IMG/VR virus record: IMGVR_UViG_3300028418_000005
Location: 1-59,165 of that record
DNA length: 59,165 nt
Origin: a virus
Lineage: Duplodnaviria > Caudoviricetes
Direction: 5' to 3' (one strand)
Shown one piece after another: positions 1 to 8,830 of this stretch. The position numbers and the translations under genes are program-made. The notes under the pieces are model-generated. The model ran no database searches. It saw only the letters and a list, made by a program, of their open reading frames with translations, and was not told where the DNA came from. Each line of letters begins with the position of its first letter. Position 1 is the first letter of the stretch.

Positions 1-93
1 ATATTCTTCTCTATCTCTTTTCCACCAATCTGTATTATTTACATAATGATTAGTAATATATACTATTTTTTGTAATGCTTCTTTATCATTCAT
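1..93 (-). CDS. hypothetical protein, partial (runs off window start)
   Basis: ATG at 93, frame open to position 1 (MNDKEALQKIVYITNHY...); read manually. Confidence 0.45.
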   Translation of the reverse strand, partial: MNDKEALQKIVYITNHYVNNTDWWKRDREEY

Positions 94-94
94 A

Positions 95-316
95 TTATTT
101 TAAATCTTCATGAGTTTTTGGAGAGAACAGTTCACTTCTCATATACTTTACTATCTTTACAGTCATTTCATTGAACAAATCAAAGTAAGCATCGTTAGTT
201 TCTGGAAAGTTTTCGTGTTCTTGTAGTTCATATTCTAACTCATTAGCTAGTTTCTCATATAGTGAGTCAACTACTCTCCAAGTAATTTCGTCTTTTTCTT
301 CGTTAGTTATTTTCAT
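95..316 (-). CDS. hypothetical acidic early protein
   Basis: 73-aa ORF in tightly packed minus-strand run. Confidence 0.6.
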   Translation of the reverse strand: MKITNEEKDEITWRVVDSLYEKLANELEYELQEHENFPETNDAYFDLFNEMTVKIVKYMRSELFSPKTHEDLK

Positions 317-569
317 ATTTATTTATTTCATTTATTAGTAAGTCTTCAGTTTCATTAAGATATTCAAGATAATACTCACCTAAATCTGTAATTACATTAT
401 CTTTATCTATATCACTTCGCATCCACTCTTTCATATCTTGAATATTATTTAAAGCTTCACTTATTAGATATTTATCTCGTTCTACTGAGTTAACTATTGT
501 ACCATCTTTTTCTGCTGGTGAGATTAGTAAAGAACTAACCACACCGATTGTTAGTATTATTTTATTCAT
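303..569 (-). CDS. hypothetical protein with N-terminal hydrophobic/signal segment
   Basis: MNKIILTIGVVSSLLISPA; overlaps next ORF. Confidence 0.6.
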   Translation of the reverse strand: MNKIILTIGVVSSLLISPAEKDGTIVNSVERDKYLISEALNNIQDMKEWMRSDIDKDNVITDLGEYYLEYLNETEDLLINEINKYENN

Positions 570-571
570 AT

Positions 572-634
572 TTAGTTTTCTATTAATCCAATTATTAATG
601 ATATAGTTGTTAAGGTTATAATTAGTGTTATCAT
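572..634 (-). CDS. 20-aa hydrophobic microprotein
   Basis: MITLIITLTTISLIIGLIEN fills the gap between two ORFs almost exactly; read manually. Confidence 0.35.
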   Translation of the reverse strand: MITLIITLTTISLIIGLIEN

Positions 635-636
635 AT

Positions 637-849
637 TTATTTAGTTTTATAGTTTAAAATTCCTAGTTTTTCACATAGTTTGTCAGTTTCACTTTGATAA
701 CCTTCCTGTTTCCAAAATGGATTTAACCAGTCAGGGTTATTTACCATTTCATCATGACACCATTGTTTCTCGTTGTCACCGAGTTGATAGTAGTGCATAT
801 CAAATTCTGACATTGCTACTTTATCTATTGTAGTATTTAAATTACTCAT
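637..849 (-). CDS. hypothetical protein
   Basis: 70-aa ORF, ATGA overlap with upstream ORF. Confidence 0.65.
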   Translation of the reverse strand: MSNLNTTIDKVAMSEFDMHYYQLGDNEKQWCHDEMVNNPDWLNPFWKQEGYQSETDKLCEKLGILNYKTK

Positions 850-1046
850 AATATTTGATTTAGTATTTCATAAACATTATCTTGTTGTGGTTTACTTAAT
901 GTCATAAAGACACCGTTAGCTTCACCAGGATAATCGAGTACGTGATTTATACATTGTTGAGTCATTTCTGATTCATGAACACACTTGTTCATTTCATCGA
1001 AGGCTTTTGACCAAGACCAGTTTGAAGGATTATTTATATTATACAT
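846..1046 (-). CDS. hypothetical protein
   Basis: 66-aa ORF with AT-rich leader. Confidence 0.65.
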   Translation of the reverse strand: MYNINNPSNWSWSKAFDEMNKCVHESEMTQQCINHVLDYPGEANGVFMTLSKPQQDNVYEILNQIL

Positions 1047-1140
1047 AGTTATTTATTTTATTAGTTATTAATTAGTTTGGTGGAGTCAAGTGTTCGTTTT
1101 ATTTATAGACGCTAAAGTATGACTATCAACTACGTCTGTT

Positions 1141-1180
1141 GTTTATTATATTATCTTTATAGCTTTGTATTTAATTTGTA
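1141..1180 (-). promoter_or_regulatory. putative early promoter, copy A (ACAAAYTWAATAC-N10-AGATAATA)
   Basis: minus strand ACAAATTAAATAC AAAGCTATAA AGATAATA; one of three copies with identical spacing. Confidence 0.6.
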
Positions 1181-1329
1181 AAGCTACATGGATAACTCTC
1201 ATGACCTACCATTTTTAATTTAGTAACTTGTTGTGAAGTAGTACAAGAACTAGCGCATAATACTGTTAGTATTACTATTGAAATTACTATTGTTAAAGTA
1301 CCGATATGAGTTATGTTTAGTTTATTCAT
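1171..1329 (-). CDS. 52-aa putative small lipoprotein
   Basis: MNKLNITHIGTLTIVISIVILTVLCASSCTTS...: hydrophobic stretch then lipobox-like ASSC; read manually. Confidence 0.55.
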   Translation of the reverse strand: MNKLNITHIGTLTIVISIVILTVLCASSCTTSQQVTKLKMVGHESYPCSFTN

Positions 1330-1431
1330 TTTATTGTTTTAAAAGGTGTATATTTATTTATTAGTTATTATTAGTTGTTAGGTCTTACACTTGTTATCTC
1401 ATTAACTTACATAGTTAATATTATAAAAGTA

Positions 1432-1474
1432 TGACATTAGCCTATTAGATAAGTAGAGTAACTACCTATTGTCA
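1432..1474. promoter_or_regulatory. inverted-repeat operator-like site, copy 1 (TGACA-N33-TGTCA)
   Basis: TGACAttaGCCTATTA...TGTCAC; recurs at 2295 and 57470. Confidence 0.6.
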
Positions 1475-1481
1475 CAGTTTA

Positions 1482-1715
1482 TTAAGACTGAGTACTTAAT
1501 TCTCTACAGAATTTTGGAACAGTATTACTATTTGTATAAGATTTGTACTGTTGAAAGCAAGACATTGATTCAAACTTTTCTTGAAATGTTGAGTAAATCT
1601 CGTCATGGTCATAAGTGAAAGTAATATCTTTCTTGTTAGTAAATGTTACTACTGTATTAGTACCGAGTAAAGATTTTCTTATTACAAATCTTTTTGTTGT
1701 TATTTTATTATTCAT
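1482..1715 (-). CDS. hypothetical protein
   Basis: 77-aa ORF downstream of promoter motif copy B. Confidence 0.7.
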   Translation of the reverse strand: MNNKITTKRFVIRKSLLGTNTVVTFTNKKDITFTYDHDEIYSTFQEKFESMSCFQQYKSYTNSNTVPKFCRELSTQS

Positions 1716-1754
1716 AGTTTATATATTTATTTGTTATTAATTTAGTTTAGTTAT

Positions 1755-1790
1755 GTTATTATTATCTTTTATAGTTTGTATTTAGTTTGT
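1755..1790 (-). promoter_or_regulatory. putative early promoter, copy B
   Basis: minus strand ACAAACTAAATAC AAACTATAAA AGATAATA. Confidence 0.6.
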
Positions 1791-1791
1791 G

Positions 1792-2040
1792 TTATATTAT
1801 TATATATTGTAGTTCTAATTCGTCAGTATGAATAGAATAGTTAATATTGTTTTGTTTTAATAGTTGAATAGTTTCTGGTAAGTGAGATGTATATTCAAAT
1901 AGAATAAATTTATTATTGTTGAATTGAGAAGGATTAATATTATTTTCTGAAAAGAATTCTGATGAATCGATTATGTAATGGATTTCAGAGTTGTCATTTA
2001 GAATTGAATTAAGTTTATTATATTTTAAGTTAGTAATCAT
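1792..2040 (-). CDS. hypothetical Asn-rich protein
   Basis: 82-aa ORF downstream of promoter motif copy C. Confidence 0.55.
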   Translation of the reverse strand: MITNLKYNKLNSILNDNSEIHYIIDSSEFFSENNINPSQFNNNKFILFEYTSHLPETIQLLKQNNINYSIHTDELELQYIII

Positions 2041-2063
2041 ATTGTTATTGTTTTAATTATTAT

Positions 2064-2100
2064 ACTATTATTATCTAAGTGACATCGTATTAAATTTGTA
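2064..2100 (-). promoter_or_regulatory. putative early promoter, copy C
   Basis: minus strand ACAAATTTAATAC GATGTCACTT AGATAATA. Confidence 0.6.
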
Positions 2101-2120
2101 TTATAGTTAGTTATTTAAAT

Positions 2121-2290
2121 CGTTGAGGGCCTAATGGTATTGGAGGGCCCAGGGGTAAACGTCAAACGTATACGATAAGGGGAATAAAACGAAGGGGGCC
2201 CATGAAATGAAAACGTAAAAGGTTATAGGCCTTGGTGTTAGGGGGGAGGGGGCAATACAAATACTATATATATCTAAGGCCCGGGGTAAA
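2121..2290 (+). other. G-run-rich non-coding locus at the transcription divergence point (candidate pac/terminus/origin)
   Basis: eight runs of 3-6 G on the + strand, five GGCC, repeated GGCCC(A)GGGGTAAA; unlike the AT-rich background. Confidence 0.5.
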
Positions 2291-2294
2291 TATG

Positions 2295-2336
2295 TGACAC
2301 TAGCCACCTAATATATAGAATAACAGGCAACTGTCA
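2295..2336. promoter_or_regulatory. inverted-repeat operator-like site, copy 2 (TGACA-N32-TGTCA)
   Basis: GTGACActaGCC...GGCaacTGTCAC; its reverse half TGACAgttGCCTGTTA matches copy 3. Confidence 0.6.
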
Positions 2337-2434
2337 CACTATTAATATAGCTAGTTTATGTAAATTATTTAAAAAACATGTAAATAGCTATTAATATACG
2401 TATAAAAAGAATATTCATTTAAAAAAACATAATT

Positions 2435-2611
2435 ATGCCAAGTTATAATCCAGATAAAGGAGCAGTAAAAGGTCTAGCTGACCGAGGAAGAGCTAAGATA
2501 TTAGGCCATATGGGCGGAAGAGGAGTAGGAAAGAAGATTAATTTTGATTCTTCTACAAATAAAGGAATTAAAGGGTTAGGTAATCCTGATGCAGAGGGTA
2601 AATACATTTAG
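2435..2611 (+). CDS. 58-aa Gly/Lys-rich hypothetical protein
   Basis: MPSYNPDKGAVKGLADRGRAKILG...; stop 2 nt before next ATG; read manually. Confidence 0.6.
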   Translation: MPSYNPDKGAVKGLADRGRAKILGHMGGRGVGKKINFDSSTNKGIKGLGNPDAEGKYI

Positions 2612-2613
2612 AT

Positions 2614-2844
2614 ATGAAAAAAATGGACAAGTATGAGGATAAGAAAGCCTCAATGGACGATTACTCGCACGAAAGAAAACTAAGAATAGACGGTAGATAT
2701 GAAGCTGCACATGGAAAAATGGCTGCAGCTAAAAACGATTTTGATCATGCACATGCTTTAAAGAAAGATGCGCACTATGATGCAAAGAATAGAAGAGATA
2801 AGAATTATAGACACCCTATATTAAAACATAATCACTCTAAATAA
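2614..2844 (+). CDS. hypothetical His/Asp/Lys-rich protein
   Basis: 76-aa ORF in plus-strand run. Confidence 0.65.
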   Translation: MKKMDKYEDKKASMDDYSHERKLRIDGRYEAAHGKMAAAKNDFDHAHALKKDAHYDAKNRRDKNYRHPILKHNHSK

Positions 2845-2852
2845 TAAATAAA

Positions 2853-3632
2853 ATGGGTTTTTTAAAAAATTTATTAAGTAATGGACCTAGCGGTGGTGGA
2901 CCAGGCGGTGGAACTAGCGGTGGTGGACCAAGTGGTGGCTTACCAGTAGGTAACAAACCTACTAAAGGTAACAATTCTGGAATAACACTGGGTATCCCAA
3001 CAAAAACAGATCCTTTAGCAGGTCAAAAAGCAGCAAAGCCTGGTTATGGATTTCACCCAAATAAAGTTAATGTAGCTCAAAACATTATATATTCAAAAGG
3101 CACTAAACCAGGTAGTCAAGTTACTACAAATGTACCTTCTAAACAAAAAACAACAAACATAGGTACTAAAAAGTATTCCGGTAAAAAGAGTTATGTAGAC
3201 GTTTTAGGTGAATCAGGAAATTTTTCAAACCAGTCATTTGATCAGATGATGGTAGGTGCTGAAGGTAAACCTCACTTCGAAGATACTCCAGAAAATAGAG
3301 AAAAGTGGAAACAATATTACAAGCCTGTAACCGAAACAAAAGGTACTCCAGGAGGAAATGCAATTGTATCTGCACCAATAGACTTACCTGATGATCCAGC
3401 AGAAAAAACTACTAATGGTGAAACTACTGTAGAAACAGAAACAATTCCAGATGACAAAACAACTAAAGACAATAAGCTTGGTAACTTACCTATTGGCTCT
3501 GCAAATGTAACAAAAGGTGGCACTGGTAGAAAATCCAGTAACCCTATAAACCCTGTGTCTTTAGCAACTAGTGCTTCTCAAAGTAAAGACTTCAATCTGA
3601 AGCTTAACAATCAAGCTGTTAATAAAGCTTAA
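2853..3632 (+). CDS. low-complexity Gly/Pro/Thr-rich protein, possibly virion-associated
   Basis: 259 aa; GPSGG-type 15-bp repeats at about 2883-2938. Confidence 0.7.
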   Translation: MGFLKNLLSNGPSGGGPGGGTSGGGPSGGLPVGNKPTKGNNSGITLGIPTKTDPLAGQKAAKPGYGFHPNKVNVAQNIIYSKGTKPGSQVTTNVPSKQKTTNIGTKKYSGKKSYVDVLGESGNFSNQSFDQMMVGAEGKPHFEDTPENREKWKQYYKPVTETKGTPGGNAIVSAPIDLPDDPAEKTTNGETTVETETIPDDKTTKDNKLGNLPIGSANVTKGGTGRKSSNPINPVSLATSASQSKDFNLKLNNQAVNKA

Positions 3633-3643
3633 AAAAAATTTAA

Positions 3644-6634
3644 ATGGCAATAATATACACATATCCAAAACTGACTAATCCTCAAGGCAATGAATTAATA
3701 GTTGTATCGGATGTAAATAATAAAAATTCAACTAGATTAATCACAATACAGTCTATAGCTGATTTAGTTCCCGGAGGCGGAGGTGGTGGATGCGTGGATG
3801 CCATAACTGGTATACAAACACCAGTAGGAACATACAACGCTAACTTATGCACAACGACCTCTTTTACCTCTTCAGGTGGCAGTGTTTCAATAAGCAACAC
3901 TACTGATGGAGTTAATTTTGAAACTAACTGCATAAATAACTATGTTTTAAAACCTGTGATTTGTCAAGGACAACAATGCAACGCGTCTACAGCATCTGAA
4001 ACTTGGTTGTTTAGCTGTGATTCTTCATTAAGCCAATATGCTGGAATAAATACTCCTGTTATTTTAGAAAATAACGGATCAATAGTGCCACATTCGCAAA
4101 ATAATCACCCAAACAGCCCTACTAACTGCTTTTATGTAGAATTATGGAGTCCAACTGTTTCATTAACTAGCACTTGTCAGTCGTGTTGTGACGGAACTAC
4201 ACCAGAATTAAAATGTTTATATACTAAATGCTCTGGTTCAGATCCAGATATGCCATCTGATCTAACTTTTGATAAAGTTAACGATAATTGTACTACAGGC
4301 GTTATATATGTAACTGAAACTGCTACTAACAACTCTTGTTGTTACACTTTTACAAGCGAAGTTGATGCGCCAGTAGACACTGGTTACACCTTTGTACCAG
4401 CAAGTGATTGTACACAAGCTCCTTGTGTAGATACACCGCTAATAAAGACTTGGGACATATGTCCAGATGCTTGTGATACCGGCACACTTCCATCAGTAGT
4501 ATATGGTAATGACATAGAGGGAACTGGATTAGTAGTTCTTTCAAATGGTACTAGTGAAGCTTGTTATACATTGAGAATACCTGGTACTGATGCCGATCCA
4601 ACTACTGGAATAACTCAAGTATCACGCCACGACACTTTAGATTGTGACGCAGGCGTTACACAAAATAAATGTAAGAAACCTTTATTCCATTTTGTAAAAT
4701 GTGTTGATGCTAATTGTAGTGGCGATAGTGCTGGCGTTTTAAATATTTATTCAGAACTAAACTTTGAAGCCTCTACTGATGACGTTGTATTATTTGAATT
4801 TGATGATAGATCATCTTGTTGTTATGTATTACAATCAGAACAAATATGTGAAAAAGTTACTGAAGGTATAAATTTTGCCACTGCTACAAAGGTTGAAGGT
4901 TTAGATCCATGTGCAAGTGAAGCTTGTGGTGAGGATCCACCTCCAGCTGAAAAATGGATATATAATAGCTGTTCAGGAGGATGTGATCCAATAGTTTCAA
5001 CGAATGCATTACACACGCCAGGAATTGATTTATCTATGTGGTGGAACTGCTGTTATTATCAAATACCAGCAAATCCTGAAGCAACAGTTTTGGCAGATTC
5101 TGGAATATCTACTGAGGATATTATTAAAAGTGGTTTAAATTGTGAATCATTATTAGGTTTCAATCAAATAGAGTGGACAAAATGTGGTGACCCATCTACT
5201 AAAATATATACTGGTTGTTGTAATACTCAAGATACTTTACGTTTAGGTTTTGTTGCAAAAGGTTTTAGCGGACCAGCTGGTTGTTATGAAATAACAGGCT
5301 TAGATAAAGAACAAGACACTTCACCATGTGATAACATCATTGCAACAAATTGTGAAGATGAAGACTGTAACACTACTCCAGAACAGTTTAAATGGCAGCA
5401 AAGACTTTGCGGTGATACTCCATGGACAGATGTAAGTACAGATTACTCTAATGACGCACCTGACTTAAACACAATCTACACATTTGAAGGTTCAGAAAAT
5501 TGTTTTGAAATTCAAAAAGTAGTTGGAATTCCTAGTGGACCTGCTGGTCAATCTATCTTGTCCGGCCCATATAGTGGCACTAGAGATGAATCAGCTTGTC
5601 AGTGTTGTAATAATAAAGACAACCTTCAATATACTCAATGCTCAAGTTCTACTTTACCAGGCTGCGGAAATTTAGATCAAACTATCGTATTGAGTATTCC
5701 TCCTTCTCCTAGTGGCCCACCAAATACTTTACTTGTTCAACAAAATGAAACAGGCGACACTTGTTGTTATGAATTAGATGGCAGTACTTGTGCAGATATA
5801 ACAGCTGGTTATTCGATATCGAATGTACCTCAGGATTGTAATGACGAGCTATGTTTAGATGAACCACCAGTTAATAACTATGTTCTTAAAAAATGTACTG
5901 ACTCTACTTTACCTGGATGCGCGGAAATGCTTGGTGAATTAGTTACCTCTTCTTTTTCCACAGCTGGTACTGTAGTTTTAGTAACCAATACTATTACTGG
6001 TCGTACTTGTTGCTATGAATATCAAAGCGGTACTACTACAGCTAATCCAACAGCAAATCATACGATTGGAGCAGCTCTCGCCAGTGGATGTGGGGATGAA
6101 CAATGTTTAGATGATCCACCGGTTACTAACAGTGTTGTTAGGAAGTGTGGCACCTCTACTTTACCAGGGTGTGAAGATATGCAAGAAGAGATAGTTCTTT
6201 CTGGAGTTTCTGCTAATTCTACAGTACTAGTAAAAAATCAAGATGGATTATATTGCTGTTACTTTTGGACAAATTCTACTAATAATGCTCCTACGGTAGG
6301 TTATGCAGTTGAGCAAGTTCTCACAGATTGTGATGATGAAAACTGTCAGGGTTCGGGTTCTGGAACTAAATATGTATATGAAAAATGTCCGGCAGATCCA
6401 TCAGAACCATCTAGATCTTGTGACTCAATGCCACCATCAGTTATAATAGAAATTCCTAGTGGAGGGGCAGTACTACAAAACGTGGTGATTGAAAGCAACC
6501 TTGGAGATCAATGCTGTTATTCTACAAATCAAGAGCCAACAGTTGACCCTGTAAGTAATGGCTATTTCATAGTCTCACCTTTAACTGATTGCTCTAGTGA
6601 GTCATTATTGGGCGCTGGGTGTATTGGAGGTTAA
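3644..6634 (+). CDS. Cys-rich tandem-repeat protein, putative tail fibre or virion appendage
   Basis: N-terminal MAIIYTYP...IVVSD...TRLITIQSIADL anchor-like segment, then about 11 repeats of about 80 aa with KC..C..CCY..DC...C. Confidence 0.7.
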   Translation: MAIIYTYPKLTNPQGNELIVVSDVNNKNSTRLITIQSIADLVPGGGGGGCVDAITGIQTPVGTYNANLCTTTSFTSSGGSVSISNTTDGVNFETNCINNYVLKPVICQGQQCNASTASETWLFSCDSSLSQYAGINTPVILENNGSIVPHSQNNHPNSPTNCFYVELWSPTVSLTSTCQSCCDGTTPELKCLYTKCSGSDPDMPSDLTFDKVNDNCTTGVIYVTETATNNSCCYTFTSEVDAPVDTGYTFVPASDCTQAPCVDTPLIKTWDICPDACDTGTLPSVVYGNDIEGTGLVVLSNGTSEACYTLRIPGTDADPTTGITQVSRHDTLDCDAGVTQNKCKKPLFHFVKCVDANCSGDSAGVLNIYSELNFEASTDDVVLFEFDDRSSCCYVLQSEQICEKVTEGINFATATKVEGLDPCASEACGEDPPPAEKWIYNSCSGGCDPIVSTNALHTPGIDLSMWWNCCYYQIPANPEATVLADSGISTEDIIKSGLNCESLLGFNQIEWTKCGDPSTKIYTGCCNTQDTLRLGFVAKGFSGPAGCYEITGLDKEQDTSPCDNIIATNCEDEDCNTTPEQFKWQQRLCGDTPWTDVSTDYSNDAPDLNTIYTFEGSENCFEIQKVVGIPSGPAGQSILSGPYSGTRDESACQCCNNKDNLQYTQCSSSTLPGCGNLDQTIVLSIPPSPSGPPNTLLVQQNETGDTCCYELDGSTCADITAGYSISNVPQDCNDELCLDEPPVNNYVLKKCTDSTLPGCAEMLGELVTSSFSTAGTVVLVTNTITGRTCCYEYQSGTTTANPTANHTIGAALASGCGDEQCLDDPPVTNSVVRKCGTSTLPGCEDMQEEIVLSGVSANSTVLVKNQDGLYCCYFWTNSTNNAPTVGYAVEQVLTDCDDENCQGSGSGTKYVYEKCPADPSEPSRSCDSMPPSVIIEIPSGGAVLQNVVIESNLGDQCCYSTNQEPTVDPVSNGYFIVSPLTDCSSESLLGAGCIGG

Positions 6635-6662
6635 TAAATAATATTTAAATATTCTACAAACC

Positions 6663-6694
6663 GTAGAAAACCAAACTATCATGTGATAGTATAA
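6663..6694 (+). promoter_or_regulatory. putative phage sigma-dependent promoter (GTAGA-N15-GTGATAGTATAA)
   Basis: GTGATAGTATAA identical at 13920; upstream of the chaperonin operon. Confidence 0.55.
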
Positions 6695-6718
6695 TAATAA
6701 CCATATAAAAAATAAACC

Positions 6719-7003
6719 ATGACATTTTTATATACCAGCGGCTTTGCAGCTGCTACACGACCAGATCAGAGAGTGATTGACATTTGGAAGTACATAACCG
6801 AAAAGAAAAATTGGAGAATTGTGCAATTACCAAATGGGTTTTTTCAAACCGAATACTTGAATCCAGAAACTGAACAATGGACTGACGTAACTAGAAGAGA
6901 AACGATGGATGGAGCTGAAGCTGCTATTAACGGATCTATAGAGCATTACGCTAAGAAGTTAGAGTTTTTAAAAGGACCAAAAGTAGTTAAAACTTTCGAG
7001 TAA
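6719..7003 (+). CDS. hypothetical protein
   Basis: 94-aa ORF between promoter motif and groEL. Confidence 0.75.
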   Translation: MTFLYTSGFAAATRPDQRVIDIWKYITEKKNWRIVQLPNGFFQTEYLNPETEQWTDVTRRETMDGAEAAINGSIEHYAKKLEFLKGPKVVKTFE

Positions 7004-7029
7004 AAATAAATATAATTTAATTTAATAAA

Positions 7030-8586
7030 ATGAGTGAAACAATAGTTAAGCATTTAAACTTCGGTGATGATGCTAGAAATAAGATATTCTCAGGAATTGA
7101 AAAACTCACTAAAGCTGTTAGCTCCACATTAGGAGCTAGCGGCAAGTGTGTTATAATGGAGGATAACGCAGGTAAACCAATAATAACCAAAGATGGTGTA
7201 ACAGTTGCAGATACTATTACATTGTTAGATCCTGTTGAAAACATGGGTGCTAGACTTTTAAAAGAAGCAGCTCAAAGAACAGTTAAAGACGCAGGTGACG
7301 GAACAACAACAGCCACTATACTAGCTAAAGCTATATTAGATGAAGCTTACAAACACGACAAGGCAGATACATTAAGAAATATTAAAGAAGGTATAAATCA
7401 AGGTGTAGAAAATGTTGTCAACTACTTGCAGAAAAAAAGTAAAAAAGTTAGTGGTAAAAAAATTGATCAAGTTGCTACTATATCAGCTAATAACGATAGT
7501 ACACTTGGTAAAATAATAGGTGAAGCGTTTAGACTCGTAGATAGTACAGGTGTTGTTATGATGGAAACAAACGACGACACTACTACAGTGGTTGAAGTGG
7601 TAGATGGCGCTCAATATGAAAAAGGATTATTAAATACACATTTTGTAAATAATAAAGAGAAAAACTCATGTGAGCTAGATAACCCTTACGTATTATTAAT
7701 AGAGAATAGTATTGAAAATGTAAGGCAGATACAAAGTGTTTTAGAATTTATAATAAGAACCAATAAAAGCTTATTAATAATAGGAGACGCTGAGCCATCT
7801 GTAGTTTCTGCACTGGCTATGAACAGGGTAAAAGGTAATATAAAGGTTAACATAATAAGTGCGCCTACACACGGTGTAAACAAACAAGTAACATTAGAAG
7901 ACTTAGCTTTGATTACAGGCGCAACTTTAATAAACGAAGACCTAGGTGATGACATGGACATGCTCACTGAAGAGCATTTAGGTAGATGTAAAAAATCTAC
8001 AACTACTCAAAGTGAAACTATACTGCAGCTTGAAGATTTTAATGATGAAATTAAAAAAGTTATAGAAGTTATAAAAGACAAGTTGAAAAAGGAGAATAAT
8101 CCAAATAAAATAGTTGCTTTAGAAAAAAGATTAGCTAGATTATCAGGTAAGGTAGCAGTTGTGAAAGTAGGAGCTAACTCAGAAGTAGAATTAAAAGAAA
8201 AAAGAGATAGAGTTGAAGATGCTATTTGTGCTACAAAAGCCGCTATAAAAGAAGGTATAGTACCAGGAGGCGGGATTGCTTTGTTGAATGCAGCAAACAA
8301 GCTTGAACCTAATAATATAGGAGAGGAAGTTCTATATTGTGCTATTAAAAAACCTTTTTTAGTTATACTAGAAAATGCTGGTATAACTGATTATAGCGCT
8401 CCAGATAACGAAGGCGAAGGTTTAAACGTGGTTACAGGAAAAACGGTGGATATGGTAAAAGCCGGAATAATAGATCCTTTACTCGTAACAAAAAGTGCTT
8501 TACAAAACGCGGCTTCTGTGGCTACAACTATATTATCTACTGATTGTGTAATTAATAATTTAAGAGCAAATGAAAGCGGTAGGTAA
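7030..8586 (+). CDS. groEL: phage chaperonin GroEL (Cpn60)
   Basis: ITKDGVTVA, AGDGTTTATILA, RLARLSGKVAVVKVGA, GIVPGGG, GIIDP motifs; no C-terminal GGM tail. Confidence 0.97.
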   Translation: MSETIVKHLNFGDDARNKIFSGIEKLTKAVSSTLGASGKCVIMEDNAGKPIITKDGVTVADTITLLDPVENMGARLLKEAAQRTVKDAGDGTTTATILAKAILDEAYKHDKADTLRNIKEGINQGVENVVNYLQKKSKKVSGKKIDQVATISANNDSTLGKIIGEAFRLVDSTGVVMMETNDDTTTVVEVVDGAQYEKGLLNTHFVNNKEKNSCELDNPYVLLIENSIENVRQIQSVLEFIIRTNKSLLIIGDAEPSVVSALAMNRVKGNIKVNIISAPTHGVNKQVTLEDLALITGATLINEDLGDDMDMLTEEHLGRCKKSTTTQSETILQLEDFNDEIKKVIEVIKDKLKKENNPNKIVALEKRLARLSGKVAVVKVGANSEVELKEKRDRVEDAICATKAAIKEGIVPGGGIALLNAANKLEPNNIGEEVLYCAIKKPFLVILENAGITDYSAPDNEGEGLNVVTGKTVDMVKAGIIDPLLVTKSALQNAASVATTILSTDCVINNLRANESGR

Positions 8587-8830
8587 ATATATAGTTATAA
8601 CAGATGTTGAAGAAAAAACAAAAGAAACTAAAGGTGGTTTGCTTTTGTCGTCTAAACAAAGAGAAGACATTAGATACAGACAAGCTAGAGTACTTGAAAT
8701 AGGTACCGAAGTTGTAGGTGTTAAAAAAGATGATAAAATTTATTTTGATCGTCACGCTGGTTTTGACATAGAGATAGACAGTGATATATATAAGGTGATT
8801 AAAGATTCTGACGTTGTTATAGTAATATGA
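8570..8830 (+). CDS. groES: co-chaperonin GroES (Cpn10)
   Basis: KETKGGLLL mobile loop, VKKDDKIYF, 86 aa, overlaps groEL end. Confidence 0.9.
   Translation: MKAVGKYIVITDVEEKTKETKGGLLLSSKQREDIRYRQARVLEIGTEVVGVKKDDKIYFDRHAGFDIEIDSDIYKVIKDSDVVIVI

Noticed and set aside
1076-1090. TGGTGGAG reads as ...CTCCACCA on the minus strand, like a tRNA 3' end
   Set aside because: No TTCRA T-loop, D-arm or cloverleaf upstream; I recognised no tRNA anywhere in the window
2091-2098. TAAATTTG matching the Bacteroidota -7 box on the + strand
   Set aside because: Only one of the three motif copies matches, and it points away from the adjacent genes
1141-2100. Recurring roughly 35-nt motifs as a CRISPR array
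   Set aside because: Copies are degenerate, 300-600 nt apart and separated by ORFs; no cas genes
5620-6360. Near-duplicate segments in the Cys-rich gene as a diversity-generating retroelement TR/VR pair
   Set aside because: Differences are not adenine-specific, repeats are in-frame domain duplications, and there is no reverse transcriptase in the window
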